Source of the DNA: Chiloscyllium plagiosum
Taxonomy: Eukaryota
DNA length: 63,770 nucleotides
Assembly: GCF_004010195.1 (NCBI RefSeq)
Contig: NC_057717.1
Location: 103,320,522 to 103,384,291 of the forward strand
Direction of reading: 5' to 3'
Shown here: in pieces, positions 24,341 to 37,744 of the stretch
How positions within the stretch are numbered: position 1 is the first letter of the stretch
Layout of the letters: each line of letters starts with the position of its first letter
Notes under the pieces: model-generated
The model's input: the letters and a program-made list of their open reading frames with translations, nothing else
Databases searched by the model: none
What the model was told of the DNA's origin: nothing
Program-made: the position numbers and the translations under genes

Positions 24341-26602
24341 GTTCAGGCAATGAGTTTCAGATACCCACAAAATCTTTCCTCAAATCTCTCTAAACCACCT
24401 TCCATTTACCTTAAAACGAGATATTTCATCCCTCCACTAAAGGGAAATGTTTCTCGCTAACAGCTCTATGAATGCCCCTCATGCTTTGCACCTCAATCAG
24501 ATCAGTCTTCTCTGCGCTAAGGAAAATAATGCCCCGCCTCTCTGCTTGGCTGAATCACTCCAGTCTAGGCAGTCTCCTCTGCACCCTCTCCAATGTAATC
24601 ACATCCTTCCTACAGTGTGGCCCAACAAGACTGCGCAGAGTACTCCAGCTGTGACTTGACTAACGCTATATACAGCTCCATTGTAACCTCTTGTATTCAA
24701 TGCCTGAACCAGTAAAGAATTGGTATGAGCGTGGTTAATTTCTCACAAGGTGAGGAGACACAGATCTGGGTTTGCAGACTCCTCACACCATGCTGAGAAC
24801 TTCACTCGTACAGCGCACTCCCAATCTTATCCGTCCGATTCGATAACTTGAGTTTAAAAGGTCTCTTTTTATTGAACTTTGGAAGGTCTCCGTCTCCCCA
24901 TAGAACCTTAAGTTTGCTCCAGCCAGCATCCTCACCCCTACCTCCAACACCAATTCCCACCCTACATGCCTCAACCACAATTTGTTCAGTTTTTCAGAGG
25001 AAGGGAGGGAGAGAGAAAAGTAGCTACATTGAGTCCCGAGTTGATCCAAGTCCTCCAGGCAGTGAGACATTGAGTTGATCTGCATGAAAGGTGACAGTGA
25101 AAGGGAACACGGGGAGAAGAGGTCCCTTCAGTCTGGCGGGACAGTGGTAGTCTCACACCTTTTGAGATTCCGCAGGGCTGAGAGAGAGACCGCCCCAGCT
25201 GCTCTCTCCAGTTTTGCGGAGCAGTGTGAACGCTGATCCCTGCAGAACGTCGATACATAATCAATGCAATATGCAAACACCGAAATGTCATGGTTTGTTA
25301 GGGTATGGAGAATCTAAATTTCCGGGGCTTAAGGATGGACAGGGAGGCAAGCAATTCAACAAGGGTGGGAAGGAAAATCTGTGTGAGTTCCATTTATGAC
25401 ATCCAACAGAATACGGTACAGCGAGACAGAAAATTTATTGATTGAGGGGCACTGTAATGAGAAATCTGCTGCAGCTACATTTGCCCAGCTCAAGCCGGGA
25501 GGTTCACTGTAATTCTAAAGCAGAGGGTATAAATCTTCGAATTCTAACTCATGACCGGGAGTTGAGATCAAGGTAATTGGTGTTTTGCAGCTAGCTAAAG
25601 GGTTTCTAACATTTCAAAGCTCCAACATTCGGAAGTTTTAACCTTTTCTTTGCCAGTATAAAGCCTGAGAAAGCTGAACTGAGATTCATAGCCCACTGCT
25701 GCCTGAACTGGAGTCCACATCTCATTATATCACACACAATCTGTGGCCATTCGACCCAACTCTTCCATACTGGTGTCTTTGCCCCGCTGGCAGCCACTTC
25801 CCATTCCTACTGTATCTTTAGTTGTGCATCATCACGACAACCATTGCTCTTTGGACTCAATCTGCTGCATACATCACACAAACAATCTGATTTGATGAAG
25901 GAACAGCTGTCGTTTGGTTGTATTTCTTCATTCCAAAAGCGAGAAAGAACAAACGTTCACCACGTCGCCGTGTGTGGGATCTTGCTGTGCAGCAGTCAGC
26001 AGCCTTCTGTCCAGGCGTCTTCCAGACGTGTAATCACTGGCACCTGGGGACATCCTGAAGAAGTGAGAGGTGCTACATAAATGCGTTGCTTCTGTCCTGG
26101 AGCCATCACTGATAGCATTGTCCAGCTAAAGGAAGCCATTTGACGTGTCTTTCCTGTGATGCCTCAATGACAGGGCAATGTCAATTCCCATTTTCAAGCA
26201 TTTAGCCAGTTCCCATTGGAAAGTTACAGTTCAGTTTGCTCCCATCACCGATCCAGGCTGTCAACTTCAAATCATACCATATCGTTGAGTTTGAATATGT
26301 TCTCCTCACGTCGAATCTGTTTGGCCAAATTATTTTGACTCTGGAGATGTTGAAATTCCCAAAAACATGTTTTTCACTTATTTGCATAATCAACGGCTCT
26401 GTTAAATCTACCCTTAGCCTGCTCTGTGTAAGGAAAACAATTCCATCTTCTCTAGTCTCTCGATCAGTCTGATGTCCCACGTCGCTGAGTGTCCTTGCGT
26501 GTGATTTTGGATATTGATTCAGTGGAAGGGTCCCAGTGTGATGTGTCCTTAACCGTAAAGCTCTGAGACCCATTCAGGCATTGCCATCGCCATTCATGAG
26601 AC

Positions 26603-26902
26603 CATAGAATCCCTACAGTGTGAAAGCAGGCCATTCAGCCCGTCGAGTCCACAGCAACCCTCTGACCAGCAAACCACCTGGGCGCACCTCCTACCCTATC
26701 CCTGTAACCCTGCGTATCCCATGGCTAACCTACAGACCCCTGGACACTGTGGGTAACTTAGCATGGCCAAACCACCTAACCTGCACATCTTTGGACTGTG
26801 CATGCATGGGGCGAGCGTGCAAACTCCACACGGTTACCTGAGGCTGGAATCGAACGCAAGTCCCTGGCGCTGTGAGGCAGTAGTGCTAACCACTGTGCCA
26901 CC
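26603..26902 (-). mobile_element. HE1-type V-SINE
   Basis: Reverse complement of the SINE head (ggcgctgtgaggcagtagtgctaaccactgtgccacc) and the tail catagaatccctacagtgtg. Confidence 0.8.
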
Positions 26903-28235
26903 CCTGAGCATGATTGTGGCTTCATGAAGCTTTGGGGCTCCTTGACCATCCTAACGTAGACCCAAATGGGACTATGCACCTATGCTCTGGATGACCACTC
27001 CAACCAGGTGATGAAACCTGTGGCAGCAACAAGATGTACAAACGCTGTGATTTTCCACCCAGCAACAGCTGAGGCTGTCTTAGCCAGATAGTCGAATTGA
27101 AATAAATTATTACAGAAAATATAGAGAGGAGTTGCAGCATTACCTTGATCTCTAATACTTGAAGCTTCATTGGAAACTGTGCAATGAGTCCCACCGCACA
27201 TTTGACTCTATGAGAATTTGACTCAATATTATTCTTTAACAATACATGATAATTAAAATCTTTATTACTTTGCTTTCAGTGATTCTTTGAATTATTTTCA
27301 CTGAGAGAATTGTGACGGAGGAGGCTGTGCTTTGAGGAGTCTCTGAGCACAAAGGCGCAGCTGCTGAGTTCCTCATAACAACACTCTGGGAGAATTCTCA
27401 GCCAGCCTTGTCAGTATGTAGCTCAGATCCTTTTACCATGTTGATTGGGTCCCGGGGAGAGAGGCTTGAATGACCCACAGCGCTTGCTTGCTGGATTGTC
27501 GGATTGGGAAATCGAGATAGTGCCATTTGTAATTCCTTCAGTTTGAGGTGAGGCCTCTCCAAGTGATTTGGTCACTTAGTGCACTCATTGGACTCAGAAG
27601 TAAGCCATTCAGCCCTTCAACATGCTCACTGTACAGATGCCAATTAGGGGCATAGGAAATCTGAGAGTTACATCATTTAAAAATGATGGCGTTATAGAAC
27701 CGTAGAACACAGGAGGAAGCCTTGCGATCCATCTTGCTTGTTCCAGCTCACTGTCCGGGCTGTGAAACTACCCCGACCCTCACCCATAGCCTTGCAATTC
27801 TGATGTTAACTGTGGGATTTATATTTTTAATGAAGTATTATTTATCGTAAGTTTGAGTTTCTGGTTTTTCAGTTAGTAACTGGTGGGCTTTTTGTCTATC
27901 TGAAGTTAATAATTAATTCATGAATATTTCTGTAGCTATGGTGATATCTTTTATAGTGACTTTGAGATCTGGTCTTTGAGTTCTGTGCATCACTAAATAA
28001 CTTTTCAACATTTCAGACTGTATTGCGACCCAGCTAGGAAAATAATTAGACCTTGTGATTTTTTAGAGATTTTTGGAACTTTTTTTAATAAGATTAATAG
28101 AAAACTTAGAGTTATAACTTTCCTACAGCTTAGAGAAAGAGACCTTTTGTACTTGGAGTGGAGCAGTTCTATGAAACCCTTGGAACAGGTTGGTTGTTGA
28201 AAGCAGTGGGCCTAAGAAGGGGATGAAACATATTC

Positions 28236-28440
28236 ATGATTTGGAGGTGCCGGTGTTGGACTGGGGTATACAAAGTTAAAATTCGCACAACACCAGGTTA
28301 TAGTCCAACAGGTTTAATTGGAAGCACTAGCTTTCGGAGCGCTGCTCAGACAACCACCTGATGAAGGAGCAGCGCTCCGAAAGCTAGTGCTTCCAAATAA
28401 ATCGGTTGGACTATAACCTGGTGTTGTATGATTTTTAACA
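28236..28440. mobile_element. PLE family B fold-back unit
   Basis: Arms at about 28276-28347 and 28367-28438 are near-perfect inverted repeats of the same terminal repeat seen at 29665-29793. Confidence 0.85.
28355..28389 (+). ncRNA. Minimal type-I hammerhead ribozyme motif, family B (intact)
   Basis: cac-CTGATGA-a-ggagc-agc-gctcc-GAAA-gc-TA-gtg: stem I cac/gtg, 5-bp stem II, AGCT palindromic stem III, CUA cleavage triplet. Confidence 0.75.
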
Positions 28441-28603
28441 AAGAAAATATATTGAACTAAATACACTCAGAGTGAAGAGTTAATGTTAGTTCCAGACCAG
28501 AGTGTTGGAATACAACCCTGAAGTGGTTACCTAAAGCTGAATGTGTTGAAGCTCAAATGTATGATAGCTCTGGAAAGAAGCCATATCCAAATTCAATCTA
28601 AAA

Positions 28604-29793
28604 CACCATACAACCTTGCCATGGTAGATGCTGCAAGACATGACACAGTGTCGACACGGATACCACCATTACACGGATACCACCCACCAAGTATGCAGCA
28701 AGTATTCATGTGACTCGGCCAACAATGTCTATCTGATACGCTGCGGGCAAGGATGCCCTAAGGCATGGTACATTGGCAAGACTGAGCAGAGGCTATGGCA
28801 ACGGATGAATGGATTCCGCACAACAATCAACAGACAGGACTGTTCCCTCCCAGTCAGGGAACACTTCAGTGGTCTGGGACATTCGGCCTCGGACCTTCGG
28901 GTGACCGTCCTCCAAGGCGGACTTCAGGACAAGCAACACTGCAAAGTGGCCGAGCAGAGGCTGATAGTCAAGTTCGCTACCCATGGGGATGGCTTCAACC
29001 GGGACCTTGGGTTCATGTCACAGTACAGGTGACCCCACTGCAATACACACACACACACACTCCTACAGACACACACTTCTCAGACCTATACACTCACGCA
29101 GACCCTCTGTCATACACAAGCTCTCTCTCACATGGTCACACATATACTCCCACACTCCCACCCACCCACACACCCTCTCACAGACTTATACCCCTTCACA
29201 CTCACACTCATACACGTACACACACTCTCTCACACTCATACCCCCGCCCCCCGCACAAACACACCCACATGCACACACACACACATATAAGTTTGTAGGG
29301 TGAATTTGTACTTGCAGAATTACATTTTATTTTGCTCAAAAACTGCATGAATCCATGTGAGATTCTGTAAATCTCTTTTTTAGATTAGAATCAGTCTGAA
29401 CATTGGGGCACGGGCAGTCTCACACAAGGCACCTCACACCTTCAATGCATTATCTGGGCCGACATGGCACCAATTGTTAAAATTCAGTTGAGAATGTAAC
29501 TTTAAACAAGTTCTAGGATTTACAAATGAAAGAACTGAAACCAACAGGGTCATTCTAAAAGATGAGAGACTTAACAAACAATCCAGGTCTTTTTCAGTAT
29601 ATCATTTCAGTTACGTCACTATGCAAACTTTTGCTGTAAATTCTGTGTCTTATGATCTTATACTCCACAACCACCTGATGAAGGAGCAGTGTTCCAAAAA
29701 CTAGTGCTTCCAAATAAACCTGTTGGACTATAACCTGTTGTTGTGTGATTTTTAACTTTGTAGACCCCAGTCCAACATCAACATCTCCAAATC
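28604..29793 (+). mobile_element. 5'-truncated PLE family B insertion: GIY-YIG domain, CA-rich UTR, hammerhead terminal repeat
   Basis: ORF 28628-29032 contains YSCDSANNVYLIRCGQGCPKAWYIGKTEQRLWQRMNG..LPVREHFSGLGHS..AEQRLIVKF..GFNRD (GIY-YIG). A degenerate hammerhead lies at about 29672-29706. TSD tcaatctaaaa at 28593-28603 and 29792-29802. Confidence 0.9.
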
Positions 29794-31544
29794 AATCTAA
29801 AATGTGCAATCATAAGTGATTTGAACCTATCAAGAGGTAAGATTTAAGGATCCTGGTGTGAGTACTGTATGGACAGTGTTTTTGGTATTACACCAGGAGT
29901 GTGTTTTACCTACTATACAAAAGTTGCTTTGTTTATTTTCAATTTATAAAGAAGTGTATTGGGATTAATGAGATTATTACTTTATTCTGTGTTTACAAAA
30001 ATCTTTAAATTGATATTATAAGTAGAGAGTGGGGATTGTTCCGTTTTATCTTAATTTCTTTTGTTGTTAAATTTCTGTTTTATTGTTAAAGAAAAATCTG
30101 CAGCACTGCATGCTTATGGTTCAGTGAGAGATCGCTTTGTTAAAATCAAAATATGATCTATCAAGCCTGGTTTCAGTCTGGGATCTGACTTGTCTGGTAA
30201 TAACATCAGCTGGGATCTTTTTTTCTTCTTTCAAATATATCTTGAATTCCCTCTTAAATAGGCAGTGTATCGCAGAACCAGTTAGAAAGTGATATCTCAT
30301 CGTAAGGAGAATTTCTGACAACAAAAGCAGACTTCACTGTTGATGTCCATAACCCTACAGGCAACGTGACTATTCAAGACCAGCGTCAACTCCAGTACAG
30401 GCTTCCAAGTTGTGGTCAAGTCCTCATCTGAGCTTTTCGAAAATGTCTTCTTTGACATTTGCTTTCAGCTGCATATGTCAGTTGCTTCCCTGTTGGATTA
30501 CTGGCCAACCACGTCTGTCACTTATCGTTATACTCAACAAAACCATCACTTAACAATCTTGTCACATTGCTGAAGACTACCTGCCTCACTCTCTCTCTTT
30601 GCAAGTGTTTAACATCAGCTGGGAAACTCACTGAATTAATCATCCCAAAATCTGCCCTTGCTCTAAAGCAGCCTCTACAGAATCAGAAGCGTCACTTACA
30701 ATTCCAACACCAAGATTTGAAGCTTAGCTACTCACACTGATGTTGTCCCATCATTCAGGATTAAGACATAAACGCACAAAAAGAACCATTTTCGCTTATC
30801 CATTCAGAAAAGGAACAAAGTCCCTTACCCTATTTCGGATTATCTAGTTGATGCTTCAATAATTCGAGGATTTTCAGTCTGCTACCCAAAAAAATAACTC
30901 CCAAGTGCTCTTAACACAAAAAATAATTCTTCCCAACATCGAAGTCAATGTCAAGCTTTGCTGGACTTCCTTGGGTTTATGTTTATCTCCTCACTCCAGG
31001 GATTTACACACAATCCCATGTTGATTTGCCGTGTTGTTTCCCCATACCATTCTACATCTCTTTGACGTCTGTAACCCCTCCACCCAATTCCAACCATCCA
31101 CTCCTGTCACTTTCTTTAAGTTGGTTCAACCCCTTATTGTTCTTTAATGGGTTCCATGATGTCATGGCCATGAGCAAAGACCTGGACTACTGTCTGTGTT
31201 TCCCACCTAGCTATCCAATGGGACTTTCATTGCCAACTCCTTTACCCCTTCAGCTCAATGTCTCTGTTCAGGCTCCACAGCCACTAACGCACCATCCTCT
31301 TTTCTTTCAATTTCTTCAGCTCGCAATGGCCTCTTCATCAAACTATTTCTCTGACCTCTCTCCCCCTCTCATTCTGATCCTTTCTGTTCCACTTAACCTA
31401 ACTCCACAATTTAGCACAAATTCCCTCATATGCCCTCCAGATCATGCTGATTCATTAATATGCATGCAGCCATATGTGCTTACATGTGCTCACATGCACC
31501 AATGTATGCTCACACTATGAACCTACAATGTACGAACACATAGA

Positions 31545-31912
31545 ATAATAGAATCCAAACAGTGCAGAAAGAGGCCATTCAGCCCATCAAGTCTGCATCG
31601 GTCTTCCAGAGAGTGTCCCACCCAGACCCTGACCTGGAGCCATCCCCTGCACAATATCCCTGTAACCCTGCATTTATCCTGGCTAACCCACCTAGCTTGC
31701 AGATCCCTGGACACTATGCACCATTTCCTATGGCCAATCTACCTAACCTGCACATCTTTGGACTGTGTGAAACTGGGGCACCCAGAGGAAGCCCACACAG
31801 ACATGGAGAGAATGTGCAAACTTCACACAGGTAGTCACCCGAAGCTGGGATCCAACCCTGGGTTCCTGGCGCTGTGAGGCAGCAGTGCTAACCACTGAGC
31901 TATGTGCCATCC
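31545..31912 (-). mobile_element. HE1-type V-SINE
   Basis: Full-length reverse copy including the tRNA-like head and V-domain. Confidence 0.8.
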
Positions 31913-32829
31913 CATGTACCAAATGTGCCCACTGTATGTGACCACATCTACCCATCACATTCCTACATATACCTTCTAGTACCCACCCAATGTACTGCCA
32001 CGCATACCCTCATATGTACCCATACATGTACAACGTACAATGTACCCATATGTATCCACCATGTACCTACTGTTAACTCACCAAACCTTGCTGATTCATG
32101 GTGCTTTGTTATCTCCAATATGTCCATCATGGACAATGTTATTTTTAACCATATCTGGATTTTACATCTTACATTTATGACTCAATTCACCTCCTTGCCA
32201 CTATTCCCTTGCCTCGAGAGACAACAGCACAGACTTCTCTCCACTGCACCTTTCCAACTCTCAACTCTTTTATGTCTGTTCAGTGACCTTCTCAGCATCT
32301 CTTGTGGTTTTGATTAAAAGCCAGATTCCTCTCGATCTTCCACCTTCTCTCTTAGTCCCTCTGAAAGACAGCCTGCTTTTGCAGCCTGGATGTAGACTCA
32401 AGAATAAGTACTGTCGGAAATAGAAATTGCTGGAGAAACTCAGCAGGTCTGGCAGCATCTGTGGAGAGAGAAACAGAGTTGACGATTTGGGTTCAATGAC
32501 CCTTCCGCAGAACTGTTTGTTTGGTACTGGCAGAATGTCCGCTGCCATATTCAGCATGGAAACAATGGGCCAAATGGCATCCATCTGTGTTATTACGACT
32601 CTATGACTGGAGCATTTCAATGCAAACAGCCTGTCTTGACTACATCCCAAATTATCTTCTTATTCCTGGAGGTGAAGGGAATTCTCTACTCTACTGCAAC
32701 CCAGCTGGTTTGAATCCCAATACTTTGTCGTTGTGCTCACCCCTTCACCGTGCCGGTCAGGGGTCAGTAGGTAGCAGCTTACCCACAAGTCACAAGGTTC
32801 AGGATCTAAATTCCATTTCAGGAGCCAAG

Positions 32830-33122
32830 CAGCAGTGGCTAGCACTGCTGCCTCACAGTGCCTGGGATCTGGATTCAATTCAACCCTCAGGCAGTTGTCT
32901 GTGTGGAGTTTGCACGTTGTGTGTGCTTGTGTGGGTTTCCTCTGGTTTTTTCCCACAGTCTGAAGACGTGTAGACCAGCTGATCACCCACTGCTTAGCAA
33001 GACCAGCTGATCAGCCATAGGACATGCATGGTTATAGGGATAGGGTCTGGGTGGGATGCTGTCCGGAGGGTTGGTCCGGAGGGATGAATGGCCTACTCCC
33101 ACATTGTAGGGATTTTATGAAT
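32830..33122 (+). mobile_element. HE1-type V-SINE
   Basis: ctagcactgctgcctcacagtgcc...tgtgtggagtttgcac... Confidence 0.75.
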
Positions 33123-34444
33123 CAATGCTCACACTGTGAGGTTAATGACATACCATAACAATATGGTACAGAGGGAGTACTGCATTGTCAGCAGTGCCTG
33201 TATTACATGCAATATGTTTAAGCAGAGGGCCTATTTGTGTGGGTGTAATTAAAGAATCACCACTCTGAGTAACAGTGTGTCTGTCCTGACCAATTCCAGT
33301 ATCTGGTAAGATCACTGTTGCTTGAGGGGAGCTTTCTGGGAGCAAATTGGCTCCTGTGTTTCCTACATTACAATGAGAACGATGCGTGGGTACTTGGTAT
33401 ATTCATGTGTGCACGCACAGTGAGTCTCTGTGGGTACAGGTTTCCTCCCAAGGCAACATGATCCACACTGCAAACAATTAGCTGCCCATCTATGTGAGGT
33501 TCCTATTGGTCATGATAGGCGCTATGTGAATGCGACCCTTTCTCCTTCCCTGTGACTCCCACTGTTTAGCAATACTCCTCTTCATCTTGAAAGTCTACAA
33601 GATCTCTGACCCTTAGTTGGCTTCACTGATGTCGCTTGCATTCTTGACAGATACAGTCTGTGAGCCACTTCGGGATGTGTTAAATGTCCTGGACAAGCAG
33701 AAGATGTTGCTGTAGAGAGAGGGGAATGAAGGGCAGCTGATGATCATTAACTAAACATCAATGGCAGGAGACAACAGCCAGAGCTCCTCATCTTAGCTCA
33801 GCAGGTTTCCAAGGGAGGTCAGAATTTCTCATGCTTTCCGTAATTGGCACTCGCAATCTCATCGAAGAGGATTGGATTAAAAATACCTGATTGATAGCTT
33901 TGCCCAAGATGTGACATTGCTCGGTCAATGTGAATTCGAGGAGAGTGTGCAGCCACCTGGTCTATTTCCATGTCCATTAGTAAATAACTGGGATAATTTG
34001 TGAACAAAAGGGATCACATTTGGTGCAGCTGTCTCTCTGCGTGTTTTATTTAGATTCTGTAGAGAAATGCCAAGTGTTTTTGTCCTCTTTTCGGTAGGCT
34101 TGGACAGGATATATGGCACGTAATAGGCCATTCAGCCCAACAAGTCCTTTACAGAGTTTATACTACACTCAGGCCTCCTCATATTCTGCCTTCTCCACCT
34201 TCATCAGCAGAACCCTCTGAGATGCGCTCCCCTCAAATGCATCTGCACCACTCTCCTCAGGCCCACTCCTTGTGGGTTTTGCATTCTCATCACTCCCTTT
34301 ACGTAGATGTTTCCACTGAATCCCTGATTACATTTCTTCACGACTGTTCTCCCATGACAGCTACTAGTTATTTTTCTTTCCCCGTCATGCAGAAACATTA
34401 CATCTTTATCGCCGTCAAAACCTTTAACCATTTTTAAAACGGCC

Positions 34445-34770
34445 TAACAGTATCATTGCTGGGCTGTTAATCCTGTCGACCCAGGTAATGATCTGGAGAC
34501 CTGTGTTTGAACCCCAGGCAGAGGGTGGAACTTGAATTCAATAAAAAGCTGGAATTAAGAGTCTAATGATGACCCAATGTTGATTGTCAGAAAAACCCAT
34601 CTGGTTCATGAATGCCCTTCAGGGAAGGAAACTGCCATCCTTACCAGGTCTGGTCTACACGTGACTCCAAACCCACAGCTAATGTGGTTAACCCTTAACT
34701 GCGCTCTGGGCAATCAAGGATGGACAATAAGTTCTGGCAGAGCCAGTGATACCCTCATCCTGTGAATGAA
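34445..34770 (+). mobile_element. Second tRNA-SINE family copy
   Basis: Homologous to 7950-8262 and 60200-60670. Confidence 0.7.
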
Positions 34771-35046
34771 TTTTTAAAAAAACGTCTCTGAGGTCACCCC
34801 TCAACCTTTTTTTTCACGAATCTATCTCGGATAGATTCTGGCATTGCCCCGTAAATCTTTATGGCATTCTCTGCATCCTTTTTTTTTCTCATAATGAGAC
34901 AACCAGTTCTGTACGCAGAACTGCAACAGTGCTGTCATCAAGGCAAAATACTGCAGATACTGAAAATCTGACACAAGCACAGAGAATGCTGGAGAAACTC
35001 AGCAGGTCAGGCAGCTTCTGTGGCGAGAGAAACCGAGTTAATGTTT

Positions 35047-37478
35047 CATAGAACATGGAGCATAGAACAGTACAGCATAGTACAGGGCCTTCGGCCCTTG
35101 ATGTTGTTTGACCTTCTGTCTGACTCTAAGATCAGACTAACCTACATAACCTACATTACACTATCATCCATGTGCCTATCCAGGAGTTGCTTAAATGTCC
35201 CTAATGTATTTGACCCTTCTACCACTGCTGGCAGTGCATTCCACACACCCACCACTCTCTGTGTAAAGAACCTACCTCTGACATCTCTCCTAAACCTTCC
35301 TCCAATCACCTTAAGTTTACACCTCCTTGTGACAGACATTTCTGTCATGGGAAAACACCTCTGTCTATCCACTCTATCTATGCCTCTCAACATCTCGTAC
35401 ACGTCTATCAAGTCACCTCTCATCCTTCTTGGCTCCAATGAGAAAAGTCCTAACTCCCTCAACCTTTCTTCATAAGACATACCTTCCAGTCCAGGCAGCA
35501 TCCTGGGAAATCTCCTCTGGACTCTCTCTAAAACTTCTAAAACCTTCCTATAATGAGGCGACCAGAACAGAACACAATATTCCAAGTGGGGTCTAACCAG
35601 GGCGTTATAGAGCTGCAGCTTAACCTCGTGGCTCTGCTAATGAAAGCCAACACACCATACGCCTTCTTAATAACCCAATCAACTTGGGTGGAACTTTGAG
35701 GGATCTATGCATGTGGACCCCAAGATCCCACTGTGCCTCCACACTGTAGAGAATCCTGACTTTAACCCTATATACTGCATTCAAATTCGACCTTCCAAAA
35801 TGAATCACTTCACACTTTTCCAGGTTGAACTCCATCTGCATGAATCACTTCACACTTTTCCAGGTTGAACTCCATCTGCCACTCCTCAGCCCAGTTCTGC
35901 ATCCTATCAATATCCTGTTGCAACCTACAACAGCCCTCCACACTATCCACAACTCCACCAACCTTCATGTCATCAGCAAACTTACTAACCCGCCCTTCCA
36001 CTTCCTCACCTTAGTCATTGATAAAAATCATAAAGAGCAGAGGTCCCAGAACAGATCCCTGTAGGACACCACTGGTCACTGAGCTCCAGGCTGAACACTT
36101 TCCATCTACTACCACCCTCTGTCTTCTATGAACCAGCCAATTCTGTATCCAGACAGGCAAAGTTCCCTGTATCCCATGCCTCCTTACTTTCTGAATGAGC
36201 CTATCATGGGGAGCCTGATCAAACACCCTGCTAAAATCCACATACACCACATCCACTGCTCTACCTTCATCAATGTGTTTTATCACATCTTCAAAGACTT
36301 CAATAAGGCTTGTGAGGCATAACCCGCCCCTCACAAAGCCATGCTGACTATCTCTAATCAAACTATGCTTTTCCGAATTATCATAAATCCTGTCTCTCCG
36401 AATCCTCTCCAATAATTTGCCCACCACAGCCAATAAGACTGACTGTGTTCCCAGGGTTATCCCTATTCCCTTTCTTGAACAAGGGAATAACATTTGCCAC
36501 CCTCCAATCATCTGGTACTACTCCAGTGGACAATGAGGATGCAAAGATCATCACCAAAGGTGCAGCAATCTCTTCTCTTGCTTCCCGTTAGGTATATCCT
36601 GTCTGGTCCAGGGGACTTATCTATCCTCATGTTTTTCAAAATTTCTAACACATCCTCCTTCTTAACATCAGCCTGTTCGAGTGTATCCACCTGTTTCATG
36701 CTGTCCTCACAAACAACAACGTCCCTCTCACTAGTGAATACTGAAGCAAAGTATTCATTAAGGACCTCCCCTACCTCCCCTGACTCCAGGCACAAGTTCC
36801 CTCCACTCTCCCTGATCAGCCCCACCCTCACTCTGGCCATCCTCTTGTTCCTCACATAAGTGTAGAATGCCTTGGGGTTTTCCTTAATCCTCCTCGCTAA
36901 AGCTTTTTCATGCCTCCTTCTAGCTCTAGGTCCATTCTTCAGTCCCTTCCTGGCTATTTTGTAACCCTCTAGAGCCCGGTCTGATCCTTGCCTCCTCAAC
37001 CTTAAGTAAGCTACCTTCTTGCTCTTGATGAGATGTTCCACATCTCTCGCCACCCAAGATTCTTACAACCTAATATCCCTTCCTTGCCTCAGGGGGACAA
37101 ACCTGTCCAGCTCTATCAGCAAGTGCTCCCTAAACAACCTTCACATTTCTGTCATGAATTTTCCTGAGAATATCTGTTCCCAATTTATGCTCCACAGTTC
37201 CTGCCTAATAGCATTGCAATTCACACTCCCCCAATTAAATACTTTCCCATGCTGTCTGCTCCTATCCCTCTCCATGACTATAGTAAAGGTCAGGGAGTTG
37301 TGGTCACTATCAATGAAATGCTGTCCCATCAAGAGATCTGACACCTGGCCTGGTTCGTTGCCAAGCACCAAATCCAATATGGTCTCCCCTCTAGTCAGCC
37401 TATCTACATATTGAGTCAGGAATCCTTCTTGGATGCCCCTGACAAAATCTTGTCATTCAAAATTATATGCACTAAGGT
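35047..37478 (-). mobile_element. CR1 LINE, about 2.4 kb ORF2 fragment with 3' tail
   Basis: ORF pieces [89 protein letters not shown]; (atagaac)-type tail. Confidence 0.92.
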
Positions 37479-37744
37479 ATGAATAGAGTCCAATATGAAT
37501 CTTCTTCTGAGAACTGAGTCTATGCCAGATCTACTAAGATTCTCCAGCATTTTCAATGTTCTCTCTATGATTCAATAGAAGTTTGGCATGTGTCTTACAC
37601 TTTTAGGTTATGCTAAAGCTATACAGGGCATTATTGAGATCACATAGAGTCATAGAGATGTACAGCATGGAAACAGACCCTTCCATCCAACTCATCCATG
37701 CTGACCAGATATCCTAGATTAATCGAGTCCCATTTGCCAGCATT

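Noticed and set aside
30948..31520. 190-aa ORF
   Set aside because: No recognisable domain or splice structure; pyrimidine-rich sequence, possibly a very old LINE remnant.
34201..34275. SSA...KCICT-like translation resembling the missing OLFM2 upstream exon
   Set aside because: The spacing is wrong and out of frame, there is no WQ motif or splice-site fit, and the context resembles a decayed CR1 3' tail.
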